Notes: a model not told the origin generated them from the letters alone. Positions 44,729 through 54,842 are shown, counted from the first letter of the stretch. The stretch: 64,000 bases of DNA from an uncultured cyanobacterium (GCA_963766075.1 CAVYAN010000065.1:1-64000), one strand, 5' to 3'. Program-made: numbers and translations.

Positions 44729-46778
44729 TTAGACATCTCCCACTAGTAACTGAGATGCTAAGATAACAAATCTATCAGCCTCAGATAGCTTAATTCCACC
44801 AGACTCCAACACTTTTTCCAGTCTATCTGCTTTTATTCTTGACGCAATGATGTCTACATAAGAGTTTAAATCTTCTTCACTTTTACAACAGACCAGAATC
44901 GCATCAAGGCTAATAGGCTCTGTTACAGAGGTCTTTGGACTCGCTACTTTTAGCTCCGCATGAACTGGATGTGCAGCTACCACTTTGAAACCCGGAAGCC
45001 CGAACAGCTTCGCAAATTGCAGCCCATCCCTCAGAACGTGAGTGGTGAAAACTAAAGATCAGTAATCCATTATATTTTAAAGTCCTATGGCACTCGGTAA
45101 ACACTCGACTGAGTTGGTGTGCAAAGAGGCGTGGATCGTTGTGTTGAACCTCACCAAAATGTGAGGAATCATCGCACCGAAAAAATGAGTATCGCTCCTT
45201 CAAAACTGGTGATATGCCAAGCAAAGAAGAAGTCACTCAACTCACTGTAATAAACAAAATCAAAGTAGGGTGGATCAGTGATAACAACATCAACTACTTC
45301 GCTAGGTATCGGAAGACTATCACTGCTTCCGTTAAGAACAAGTGCTGCCTGCTCCTGTTCAGAAAATGCTTCCCATGATTCGACTAAAGAGACGTTGATT
45401 GCTTGGCTAGCTGTAATCCTATTACTACCGATGCTATTCCCGAATAAATCTACATCTATAGAGATTTCAAAAGGATCATCGGGATCTCGTTTTGCCGGAA
45501 TCAATCGAGATTCAAAAAGTGTTGCAAAGGTTCCGCTGCTTTTATTCGTTCCCCAGACAGAATTTTCAAGGGGTGTACGTTCTGGCTTCAAAATGTGGTG
45601 TGAGAACATATGTCTTACAGCTCCCGTCCCCTCGCCCTTGAAACTGCAAAATAGGTTGTTGAATTCTAAAGTGCTCGAAAACAAACAGATAAACTGTTCC
45701 TGGATTGCTTTGTTCTCGATATTGAGAATCGCACGCAAAAGTAAGCCAAGACACAAAAGCTGCCGAGCATTGAAAAAGTCTTTCCATTGAAGATAATTGT
45801 ATCCCCTTGCTTGGTCGGTATTATGACCTGGACGCACAGGCATGGTTGGAATTGGTAGATCTTCTCTGGCTAATCGTTTAATTGCATCACGAAAAAGTGC
45901 TAAATCTTCATCCTTCGCTGGTAGGTAGATCTTCTCACCATTGGCACGTAAGGCTAACATTGCATACATACGATGTTCTGGTGGATATCCTGCGCTTGAA
46001 TCAGGTCTTTGATCTTGTAGCGCTTGCCCAATCTAGAGTTCACATACTGACCTTTGGCAGGCCCATGTTGGGGATTGAACTCAGCTTGGCAATGAGGGCA
46101 TAGGAGATGGGTTGCATCAAAACGATCTTCAATGATGTTCCAGCAATTAGGGCAAATGATTTGAGACTTTGGTTTCTTTTTCGGATAGGCATTCTTAGCA
46201 AACACATAATTTGAAAACAAAGAAATGGATTCACCGTCTGGCGTAGTAATAGTCTTCACCCAAAAACAATATAAAACAGGAATCCATTCACCTGTTTCTG
46301 GATCACGGGTCTGGTAATATTGCTGGATTTCCTTTGCGACTTCTTGTTCCAATTGAGCAAAAGTTGACCTTAGTTCACACTCACTGACTCTTGTCAAAGC
46401 TTGTCGAACCAGAAAAGTGCTGACTGGGTTAATATCGCAACCTACCACTTTACAACCCAATTTCAGCGATTCTCCAAGTGTAGTACCACTACCCATAAAT
46501 GGATCGAGAACAACTTTCCCGCGAAAGTCTTGTCGTATATAGAAGTTTTTCCATGTATGGAATTTTTCTGGAGAAAGTGCAGCTAGTGAAATTGCCCGAA
46601 AAACCGATCCCAGCCGCTTTGCCCACCATTTATGAATGTGGTATATAGGACGATTAATCTCCTTTCGCCAGCTTTCTTTTTCTGCAAGTTGACTGACTTC
46701 GAGAATTGGAAAGTCAAATTCAATTGCCTTCTTATCAAGAGTGTTATTAGTCAATTCTTGGCGTTCAATAGCTTTCAT
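44729..46778 (-). CDS. Amino (N6A/N4C) DNA methyltransferase with Zn ribbon (COG1743/DUF1156-like); 3-4 apparent frameshifts, may end at 44677
   Basis: HKWWAKRLGSVFRA, motif I LDPFMGSGTT, CPNC/CPHC, motif IV ITDPPY, then FSFHHS; fragments 45954-46778, 45169-45969, 44910-45236 and 44729-44983. Confidence 0.85.
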
Positions 46779-47592
46779 TCTTCATCCTCCCCCTGATCTA
46801 TTAATCCGGCAGGGGCTATCGCCATTGATACAGCCTTGCTTGTCTGACCTATCAAACGATAGGCTTTAAATCGATGAGGATTCCCAACCGTTGGGTTAGG
46901 AATCTTCTCGGCACTAAGCTCATTAGTACGTAAATCGAACGTGTAGCCAACAACAAGTTCACCTGTTTCAACTCGAACCAATTGACCGACTTCCTGAAAA
47001 CGTCCATCGATCTCAATGCTTTCAGGCAGAATTAGGGTCATCAGACCCGTTGTCCCTTCTGTTAGCGCAAATGGAGTCGGAGCAACATACATTTTTCGAT
47101 CTCGAATCATGATGTCGCCGTAGCTTCCGAATCCCTTAACGCTCTTGTTTTTATGAACGTACTCGCGATCTGCATTGAGAAAGTCACCATGACGAGATCA
47201 CTAAATCGATTACTGGGTAACAGCGACGGCCTCCAACTTGAGTAGAATATTCGCGAGAGATCGGCAGGGTAACGACCAAATACATAAAAAACTTGTCTTC
47301 CATTATGGAAACCAGAGGGAACTTGGCTGTTACAGTCATAATCTCGTTCGCGTCCCGGCCAAGCTAAGCCCTTGACTTCAAAACCATCAGCAGAATTTAC
47401 CATCCGAAAATCAGGGTAAGTATTTCGGCCTGGGGATTCAAAAAATAAACTTAGCGACTCCAATCGTTTCTGAAACCAGTTTTGGAAATGAAACTCTTTA
47501 TCCTTTGCACTAACTGACTCAATTAGCTCTCCCTGTTGGACGGCTTCAACGCATTTTTGAAAAACATCAAGTGCTACGGACATACTCACCAT
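46775..47592 (-). CDS. Putative type II restriction endonuclease, PD-(D/E)xK family (two apparent frameshifts near 47250 and 47195)
   Basis: YPDFRM...GFEVKGL motif; joined frames continue HGDFLNAD...GFGSYGDIMIRDRKMYV; stop overlaps the MTase start (ATGA). Confidence 0.65.
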
Positions 47593-47700
47593 CCACACTA
47601 GCTCAAGTACCGGGTTATCAAAGTCTGAGCAGATTTTACTGCTTACCAAGCTTACTCTAATCCCAGGTCTCCGAAGCTTGAGAGGAATTTACGGGAGTAC

Positions 47701-47786
47701 ACCTAACGGTCGCAATCACCGGACACCAGTAACTTTTGCGACTAACCAACAGACTGCAATGTTCCGGTGCATTGCGGTTGTTCTAC
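47701..47786 (-). other. attC site closing the toxin-antitoxin cassette
   Basis: Minus strand: GTAGAAC-AACCGCAATGCACCGGAAC...GTCCGGTGATTGCGACC-GTTAGGT, starting 9 nt after the toxin stop. Confidence 0.85.
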
Positions 47787-47795
47787 GGCTGGCGC

Positions 47796-48059
47796 TCACG
47801 AATAAAACGCCTCGTACGCATCATGATCGCCAATCCAAAACCACGTCACAGTATCTCCTGATAACACCCCTAAAGCTCGATGGCTCTTTGTTACCCGCAC
47901 TGACCAAATGTCTTCTTCACTGTTAATGCACTTAAAATGTAACGATGGATGAAACGGATTCTCTGCCCATAACCGATACGCTTTCCTCGCTCCGGCTCTC
48001 ACCGATGGACTCATGGCGCGATACTTTTCCCAAAACGAAGGCAATGTCGCGGACTTCAT
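47796..48059 (-). CDS. RelE/ParE/HigB-superfamily toxin
   Basis: 87 aa; NPFHPSLHFK, WSVRV, RALG and WFWIGDHDAY motifs; start overlaps the antitoxin stop. Confidence 0.82.
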   Translation of the reverse strand: MKSATLPSFWEKYRAMSPSVRAGARKAYRLWAENPFHPSLHFKCINSEEDIWSVRVTKSHRALGVLSGDTVTWFWIGDHDAYEAFYS

Positions 48060-48286
48060 AGCTGCTCGTAATCCATCGGCGTGGACATTCCCGCTGCAAT
48101 CTCTTCTTTGGCTTTTCGGGCTGCCGCGACTAGATTAGGCTTCGTCCGCTTAAACGACTCATCCCATCGCTTTTCTTCTTCAATTTCTGTGAGATATGCG
48201 CGAACATGCTCCACTACCTGCTGTTGAAGCTCATCAGGTAAGGACTCAACCATCTTGACGATCGTGGTAATGGCAGGAGAAGACAT
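48056..48286 (-). CDS. Putative cognate type II antitoxin
   Basis: 76-aa acidic helical protein (VESLPDELQQQV...EKRWDESF) translationally coupled upstream of the toxin. Confidence 0.75.
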   Translation of the reverse strand: MSSPAITTIVKMVESLPDELQQQVVEHVRAYLTEIEEEKRWDESFKRTKPNLVAAARKAKEEIAAGMSTPMDYEQL

Positions 48287-48392
48287 GGTATTTATCAGTG
48301 CAGTTAATCTTCTCTATTCTACAACTTACACCGCAAACCAGTCATGTTTCAGAACGATCTCAACTTCATCCTAGGCAGTAGAACGCTCATAT

Positions 48393-48650
48393 TCATTTGC
48401 TTTCACGCCAACCCGCCAAGCCTGCACCTATTGTAGTCTGCACCATAAAGTACTTAAGCAGGTCAGCATCCTCTTTATTAAGTTTACTCATATCGAGAAG
48501 TAGCTCTTTTGGGAACCCTGGAGTTTGACTAAGTATTGTCTGCCGTATCATGCTGCCTTCAATTCGCATAGATGTGCCTATGTAGTACACCAGACCATTA
48601 GCAAACAGACAAAAACCGATAACATTCATGAGTCTGATAAATAATTTCAT
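48393..48650 (-). CDS. Small hypothetical membrane protein, integron cassette
   Basis: 85-aa ATG ORF beginning 16 nt inside a GTT core site; hydrophobic N- and C-terminal segments. Confidence 0.55.
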   Translation of the reverse strand: MKLFIRLMNVIGFCLFANGLVYYIGTSMRIEGSMIRQTILSQTPGFPKELLLDMSKLNKEDADLLKYFMVQTTIGAGLAGWRESK

Positions 48651-48665
48651 ACAATTGACTCAGCC

Positions 48666-48750
48666 GTAGAACGATTCGAGTTGAACCGCACCTCCGGCTA
48701 AGTGCCTCCGGGCGGTTAACGGGGTGTCGGTTCCAACGAGTTTGTTCTTC
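48666..48750 (-). other. attC site closing the first, ORF-less cassette
   Basis: Minus strand: GAAGAAC-AAACTCGTTGGAACCGACACC...GGTGCGGTTCAACTCGAATC-GTTCTAC. Confidence 0.8.
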
Positions 48751-48800
48751 CGCAGTTTCCGAGATTTTATCACATAGCACCAAACTTTTGTACTACTGCG

Positions 48801-48945
48801 GAGGAACTATTATTTATAGAGAATCTTTCTGCATATCTACCTCTAGGGAGGGAGTTATATAGAAAGATTCGGCATACCTGTCCCCTGCAGAACATTATGC
48901 AGAAATGATTCTGCATATCTACCTCTATACGGGGTGTTATGCCGA
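48801..48945 (-). other. Putative attI region
   Basis: GTT core at 48805-48807 (minus strand); upstream 19-bp direct repeats TTCTGCATATCTACCTCTA at 48827 and 48909. Confidence 0.55.
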
Positions 48946-49050
48946 AACTGTAATCTCACTGAAATTTTATCCTGCGGACAAAGCTATGCGCCAATTTCTT
49001 CCGTAAATCTTTAGACTTATTACTGAATCAATTCGAGTAGTACTTAATAC

Positions 49051-49194
49051 ATGAATATTGGACGGTATGGATATCCCTACGACATCTGTACCGTCCAAAA
49101 ACTCCTCGATCACAAGGATGTCAAAACCACCATGATTTACACCCACGTCCTCAATCAGGGCGGTTTGGGGGTGCGCAGTCCCTTGGATGCCTAA
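49051..49194 (+). pseudogene. intI: Integron integrase remnant (C-terminal ~39 residues only)
   Basis: Frame reads [38 protein letters not shown], the IntI C-terminal consensus ([26 protein letters not shown]) including the catalytic Tyr. Confidence 0.9.
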
Positions 49195-49614
49195 ACCCAT
49201 GCGCAGGCTCTGGGTTCAACTTGATTTTGAGAACCCAAAACTTGATTTCGGGTTCTCGAAACTTGATTACGAGTTCCCCAACCTTGATCTCAAGCCATCG
49301 GTGAATGGCAACCCCGCAGGAATGCCTGTCCATCCCAAATTTGCTCAAAATAGGACTTGCAAAGTGCGGCGCAATTCGGTATTCTCTTGCGTTAAGGTGA
49401 GTGCGCTTAGGTTTAGCACTCGCCCAGACGCCCAAAGACCTCGGTCTTAAAACGCGATCGCCCAGTGCTGTCAACACCAAGCGATCGCTAACCCCCACGC
49501 TGTCTACCAGCATGGCGGCTTGTTCTATTTTACAAGCCACCCTGTTTTGCAACGCATTCGGGGTGGCTGCGGTTTTTGGGTCTTCTTCCCCACAACCTCT
49601 CAGGAGACCCAACC

Positions 49615-49851
49615 ATGAATATGACCCCACCGAGCCGCGACCCCGCGGTTCACAGTTCCGACTGGATCAACATCACCCTCAGCGGCCAAGCCCCCGCTGT
49701 CGAAGCCATGATCCATCTGCTCCATCGCCTCAACGTCATCGCTGCCAGCGAATGGAGTCCGATTGTGCCCCTGCGCAACTCCCCCATTGTGATTCGCGTC
49801 GCCTCGCGAGGCATGCGATCGACTCCCCCCGAAGAGCGGCGATCGCCCTAA
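49615..49851 (+). CDS. Small cyanobacterial hypothetical protein (...IHLLHRL...EWSP... type)
   Basis: AGGAG before the ATG; LSGQAPAVEAMIHLLHRLNVIAASEWSP resembles a recurrent small cyanobacterial family. Confidence 0.55.
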   Translation: MNMTPPSRDPAVHSSDWINITLSGQAPAVEAMIHLLHRLNVIAASEWSPIVPLRNSPIVIRVASRGMRSTPPEERRSP

Positions 49852-49945
49852 CTTGCTACAAACCCTACCTCCCCGTAGGAGCACCCATGCGCCTACGGGA
49901 AACCCCCATCTGCTGAATGCCGATTTTCTGAAGCAGACCCCCGCC

Positions 49946-50752
49946 CTACTTCAAACACAAATGCTCCGGACGCCAGACCTCAGTCTGAATATCCTCCTCC
50001 AATCGCGATTCCTCAATCACAGGCTGTGTCAGCGATCGCGCCAGCGCCGCCTGCCGATAGACCCGCGCCTTCTTCAACGTGGGCCGAATCCGTAAAGCCC
50101 GGTCATAGCTAACCACCGCCTCATCAAATCGCCCCAGACGACTCAGCATCTGGCCCTGATAAATCCAAGCATAGTGACAGTTCGGCTTAATCGCAGTCAC
50201 CTGATCCAAACTAGACAACGCCTCTTGAAACCGTCCCAAATTGGCTAAAGCAAGGCTGCGGCTATACCACGCCTTATAATTACTCGGCTTTGTCCGCAAC
50301 ACCCGATTAAAACTCTCCAGAGCAGACTTATAGCGCTTCAAATGGAGTTGCGCTTTGCCCTGGTTATACCAAGCCCGCAGGTCCAACGGATCCAGCCTCA
50401 GCGTATGCTCAAAATGGTCCAGAGCCTCCTCATAGCGCTGCAATTGGGCCAGTACCAGCCCGCGCCCCTGCCAAGCAAGGCTAGACTCCGGCTGGAGCTT
50501 GAGGGCTTGATCAAAGCTGGAGAGCGCCTGGTGATGGCAGCCTAACTCCGTCAGCGCATAGCCACGATAATTCCAAACCTCGTACAACTCCGCCTGCTGA
50601 GACAAGAGATGATCGTAGTGGGAAACCGCCTTCATAAAATCCGGTGTCACTGAGAATGATCCCACCGGATCGCCATCACCAACCAGGAATAAGGCTTCTT
50701 TCATAGGGAATTCACGTAAGACAATGCCGATCGCGAGATCTAGGATTGCCAA
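49946..50752 (-). CDS. Tetratricopeptide repeat protein
   Basis: About five 34-aa TPR units (W..RG..L..LG.Y.EA...FD.AL...P). Confidence 0.88.
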   Translation of the reverse strand: MAILDLAIGIVLREFPMKEALFLVGDGDPVGSFSVTPDFMKAVSHYDHLLSQQAELYEVWNYRGYALTELGCHHQALSSFDQALKLQPESSLAWQGRGLVLAQLQRYEEALDHFEHTLRLDPLDLRAWYNQGKAQLHLKRYKSALESFNRVLRTKPSNYKAWYSRSLALANLGRFQEALSSLDQVTAIKPNCHYAWIYQGQMLSRLGRFDEAVVSYDRALRIRPTLKKARVYRQAALARSLTQPVIEESRLEEDIQTEVWRPEHLCLK

Positions 50753-50880
50753 AATACCTACGCAGATCTCCTCAAGTTTACATAAATTCCCATGAAGAAA
50801 TGGTTAAGTCCTGCGAATAGGACCAGCACCTATCCCAGCATTCAGGCCCACTCCAGAAACCTAAGGTGTCTAAAGTACCG

Positions 50881-51792
50881 CTATTCCAGGGTTGTGAACC
50901 AAGCTTCCAAGTCGGCCATCTCCCGAAAGTCGAGCAGCGCCTCACCCAAGGATTCGAGCTGCTCCAGGGACAGCGCCGTAATGCGCGATCGCAATCCCGG
51001 CGATACACTCCCCACCCGACGGGTCAATTGTCGCAAAATCAGCGATCGCCCTTCCTCTTGGCGACCCTCCTGGCGACCCTCCTGGCGACCTTCCTGACGA
51101 CCCTCCTGGCGACCTTCCTGGCGACCTTCTTGGCGACCTTCCTGACGGCCTTCCTGACGGCCTTCTTCTAAAATTTCCTGATAAATCACCGATTCCCGCA
51201 TCATCCCCTCCCGAAATACTTGGCGAATCATCTCTTTCTCAAATTTTAACCCAGCTAGGATTTGGGCATAGCCAGACACCATCCGCCGCTGCTCCGGTGA
51301 CATCTGGTTCACTTGGGAAGCCACCCGTTGCAGCAACGCTTCTGGAGCGGGACTGGCAGCTAACGAGGCTAAGGGCAACAGCGCAGGCTCTTGCAAAAAT
51401 TGCTCTGGGTCTTCCTCCCAAAGCCGCACCACCCGATAGGCATGACGGGTTTCCTCCACCTCAAACACCGTTTCAATCGGGCTGCCCATTGCAGGCGGCA
51501 ACAGCAAGACCACCACCTGGGTAATGGGAATCCGATACAACCGATACAACCGCACCCAATAGTCCAACATCCGCAGGGGCAGTGGTGGCTGTGACTCCAG
51601 CTTAGTTTGAAACTCCAAATGGAGAATGCGGCCTTGAAGCTGCAAAAACGTCACCGAATCCGCTCGAATCGGCTCGATACTCAGCTCCGTCTTGAGCACT
51701 TCCACAGCAATTTGCGGGCTACCCAACAGCCAACTAGCAAAGCGATCAGGATATTTTTCCGACAGCAGCTTACAAAGATTGTCAAACGCCAT
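50881..51792 (-). CDS. Rpn-family PD-(D/E)xK nuclease/putative transposase with DUF4351 C-terminus
   Basis: FDNLCKLL, TELSIEPIRADS, LHLEFQT, RMLDY, MRESVIYQEI, about 9 EGRQ (12-bp) repeats, then LILRQLTRRVG...LESLGEALLDF. Confidence 0.9.
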   Translation of the reverse strand: MAFDNLCKLLSEKYPDRFASWLLGSPQIAVEVLKTELSIEPIRADSVTFLQLQGRILHLEFQTKLESQPPLPLRMLDYWVRLYRLYRIPITQVVVLLLPPAMGSPIETVFEVEETRHAYRVVRLWEEDPEQFLQEPALLPLASLAASPAPEALLQRVASQVNQMSPEQRRMVSGYAQILAGLKFEKEMIRQVFREGMMRESVIYQEILEEGRQEGRQEGRQEGRQEGRQEGRQEGRQEGRQEGRQEEGRSLILRQLTRRVGSVSPGLRSRITALSLEQLESLGEALLDFREMADLEAWFTTLE

Positions 51793-51830
51793 GCGATCCC
51801 CCGATCAAAGCTGCCGATCAAAACTGCTGC

Positions 51831-53330
51831 TTAAAACTGCCGTGTCCAATCGTGCCAGCGCTCCACAACAACTTTTGTCTGGGTAAAGAATTCGATCGCA
51901 TGATGTCCTTGCCCATGCAAATCGCCAAAAAAGCTATCCTTCCAGCCGCTAAACGGAAAAAATGCCATCGGAGCAGCCACGCCAATATTAATCCCAATGT
52001 TTCCAGCCTCGGCGTCACAGCGAAACTTGCGGGCTGCCGCCCCACTACTGGTAAACAGGCACGCCATATTGCCGTACGGGCTTTGATTGATCGCGGCGAT
52101 CGCCGCATCCAGAGACTCCAGATGCATCACACTCAGCACCGGGCCAAAAATCTCCGTTTGGGCGATCGCGCTACTGGGGTCGAGATCTTGCAAGATCGTG
52201 GGCCGGATGAAATTCCCCCGTTCATAACCCGGAATCTGCGGCTGGCGGCCATCAACCAAAATCTTGGCCCCGGCGGCGGTGCTGCTGTGGATAATCCCGA
52301 CAATGCGATCGCGACTTTCCGGCGTAATCACCGGCCCCATCTGCACACCCGCCTCTAGGCCATAGCCCACTACCCGCGATTCGGCCACGGCGACCATCGC
52401 TTCAGTAAACGTGGTTTTGGCCTCGCCCACAGTAATGGCGATCGAGGCCGCCAGGCAGCGCTGTCCCGCACAACCAAAGGCACTGTCCGCCATAATTCGA
52501 GTGGTCATTGCCATATCGGCATCGGGCAAGATCACCACCGCATTTTTAGCCCCGCCCTGACATTGAGCGCGTTTGCCCTGGGCCGCAGCCCGACTGTAAA
52601 CATACTTGGCCACAGGCGTAGACCCGACAAAGCTAATCGCCCGAATCCCCGGATGATCGAGAATGCCATCGACAACGGCCTTGGCCCCATGGACGAGATT
52701 GATCACGCCCGCAGGCAATCCAGTTTGCTCCAGCAGGTGCATCACCCGCATCATCGTCAGGGGCACTTTTTCAGAGGGCTTGATGATACAGGTATTGCCA
52801 CAGGCGATCGCGTAGGGCATAAACCAAAACGGAATCATCCCTGGAAAGTTAAACGGCGCAATAATCGCCGTGACGCCGAGGGGTTGGCGCACCATCACCT
52901 CATCAATGCCCCGGGCAATATCCTCAGAATGGTGACCCTGCATCAAAATCGGGATGCCACAGGCCGTTTCCACATTCTCGATCGCCCGCCGCAGTTCGCC
53001 CCGCGCTTCGGCCAGGGTCTTGCCGCATTCCAGAGTAATCGTGCAGGCCAGATCCTCTAGATGCTCCTCCAACAGAACCTTGAGCTGAAACAAAAACTGC
53101 ACCCGCTCCGTGGCAGGCGTCCGTCGCCATGCCTCAAATGCCCCCGCAGCAGCCTGAACGGCGGCATCAACATCACTCGCCGTGGACAGGGGCACCCGCG
53201 CTAACCGCTCCGCCGTAGCCGGATTGATCACATCCCCATGGCTGATAGCCGTAGGCGGACACCATTGTCCATTGATGTAATTTTGCACGTCGCCCCGGCG
53301 CAGGCCCATCAGGTCCATCAACTCGCCCAT
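51831..53330 (-). CDS. mmsA: CoA-acylating methylmalonate-semialdehyde dehydrogenase
   Basis: [44 protein letters not shown] and [13 protein letters not shown] motifs. Confidence 0.92.
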   Translation of the reverse strand: MGELMDLMGLRRGDVQNYINGQWCPPTAISHGDVINPATAERLARVPLSTASDVDAAVQAAAGAFEAWRRTPATERVQFLFQLKVLLEEHLEDLACTITLECGKTLAEARGELRRAIENVETACGIPILMQGHHSEDIARGIDEVMVRQPLGVTAIIAPFNFPGMIPFWFMPYAIACGNTCIIKPSEKVPLTMMRVMHLLEQTGLPAGVINLVHGAKAVVDGILDHPGIRAISFVGSTPVAKYVYSRAAAQGKRAQCQGGAKNAVVILPDADMAMTTRIMADSAFGCAGQRCLAASIAITVGEAKTTFTEAMVAVAESRVVGYGLEAGVQMGPVITPESRDRIVGIIHSSTAAGAKILVDGRQPQIPGYERGNFIRPTILQDLDPSSAIAQTEIFGPVLSVMHLESLDAAIAAINQSPYGNMACLFTSSGAAARKFRCDAEAGNIGINIGVAAPMAFFPFSGWKDSFFGDLHGQGHHAIEFFTQTKVVVERWHDWTRQF

Positions 53331-53375
53331 AAAACCATCCCCGTTTATCCCTGCGTTTATACCCGTTGTTCCGAT

Positions 53376-54623
53376 TCACTTGTTCCCTGTTTGGCCCATG
53401 GATTGTCCCGCCAGCCAACCCGTCGTCCAGGCACTCTGGAAATTAAATCCGCCGGTCACTCCATCAATATCCAGGATTTCTCCCGCAAAATACAGTCCGG
53501 GACACAACCGACTTTCCATCGTTTTAAAGTCAACTTCAGCCAGCCGGACACCGCCACAGGTGACAAATTCTTCCTTAAACACGCCTTTGCCCGTAATCGT
53601 GTAGCGACCTCGAGTCAGTTCTTCCAGCAGTCGATTCAAGCTTTTATTCGAGAGTTCGGCCCAGCGGGTAGCGGGGGCAATGCCCGCAAAGTCGATCAAG
53701 CGCTCCCACAAACGCCGGGGAATCAGTACGGGACAACTGGTAGCGATCGCCCGCTGGGCCAGTTGCGCCTTCACCTTCAGCAATTCCTGCCGCAGGGTTT
53801 CGGGATTTTGGGTCGGCAACCAGTTGACAATCAGCTCTGCCCGGTAGTGCTGATCATGCAATCGCCGTGCTCCCCAGGCCGACAGCTTCAGCACTGCCGG
53901 CCCACTCAGGCCCCAGTGGGTAATCAGGAGCGGTCCGGTTTGCTGCAACGGGGCCGCCTCATCCACCTGTAACCGCAAATGGGCTGAAGGCACGGAAACA
54001 CCCGCGAGATCCTGAAGGCGGGGATCAGACACATTGAAGGTAAACAGGGAGGGCACCGGGGGTTCCAGGCTGTGGCCTAGGGACTGGGCGATCGCATAGC
54101 CCTGCCCTTGACTCCCGGTAGCCAGCAGCACAGCATCCGCCAGCATCGGCACTTCAGAGCCTTTGAGGGCGATCGCAAACTGCTTCGCCTGCCGCATCAC
54201 AGCTTGCACCACCGCACCCATTTTCAGTCGTACACAGGTTTCATCAGCCACCTGCATCAAACAGTTAACAATTGTGGTGGCATCGTCGGTGGTCGGGAAC
54301 ATGCGGCCATCGGCTTCGGTTTTCAGGGTGACCCCGTGCTGCTCAAACCATTCCACCGTATCTTTGGCCTGAAAGCGGCTAAATGCACCCCGCAGTGCCT
54401 TCCCGCCCCGGGGGTAGTGTTGCACCAGCAGGGACGGCTCGAAACAAGCGTGGGTGACGTTGCAGCGTCCACCGCCAGAAATCCGGACTTTGGCCAGGGG
54501 CGATCGCGCGGCTTCCAGTAAGGTCACCTGGGCTTCGGGATGCGCTTCGGCACAGGCGATCGCGCCAAAGAATCCGGCAGCGCCGCCGCCAATCACGACA
54601 ATTTTCTGAGGTTGAGACTGCAT
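53376..54623 (-). CDS. HI0933/BaiN-family flavoprotein oxidoreductase
   Basis: IGGGAAG, KVRISGGGRCNVTH, THWGLSGPA, VTCGGV and GEILDIDGVTGGFNFQ motifs. Confidence 0.93.
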   Translation of the reverse strand: MQSQPQKIVVIGGGAAGFFGAIACAEAHPEAQVTLLEAARSPLAKVRISGGGRCNVTHACFEPSLLVQHYPRGGKALRGAFSRFQAKDTVEWFEQHGVTLKTEADGRMFPTTDDATTIVNCLMQVADETCVRLKMGAVVQAVMRQAKQFAIALKGSEVPMLADAVLLATGSQGQGYAIAQSLGHSLEPPVPSLFTFNVSDPRLQDLAGVSVPSAHLRLQVDEAAPLQQTGPLLITHWGLSGPAVLKLSAWGARRLHDQHYRAELIVNWLPTQNPETLRQELLKVKAQLAQRAIATSCPVLIPRRLWERLIDFAGIAPATRWAELSNKSLNRLLEELTRGRYTITGKGVFKEEFVTCGGVRLAEVDFKTMESRLCPGLYFAGEILDIDGVTGGFNFQSAWTTGWLAGQSMGQTGNK

Positions 54624-54842
54624 GGTGCCTTACAAATACCGCCGTAGACATAAACCGGGTGAAGTAAACCGAGTTGTGATCGCTCAGGCTATACCCACAG
54701 CGGCGACAATTACAAAGCTACAGGTGACTGGGATCAGACTGAATGCGGTAGAGAAGCGCTATCCGGATGGGTGCAGAGCTGGCAAAACTTTGAGCGAGGG
54801 GGCCACGTAACGAGGGAGATATTCCCGAGGCCGCAGCCGCGC

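Larger units (their letters stand above)
44589..49194. mobile_element. Decayed integron: intI remnant, attI-like region and cassette array with three attC sites
   Basis: IntI C-terminal motif divergent from co-oriented minus-strand genes bounded by attC palindromes; AT-rich and no HIP1 found by eye. Confidence 0.85.

Noticed and set aside
49036..49053. LexA box upstream of intI
   Set aside because: Only the AGTAC half-site matches; the second half does not fit the consensus.
48967..49630. Minus-strand ORFs 48967-49200 and 49151-49630
   Set aside because: The first is the antisense shadow of the intI remnant; the second has no recognisable features and crosses repeats.
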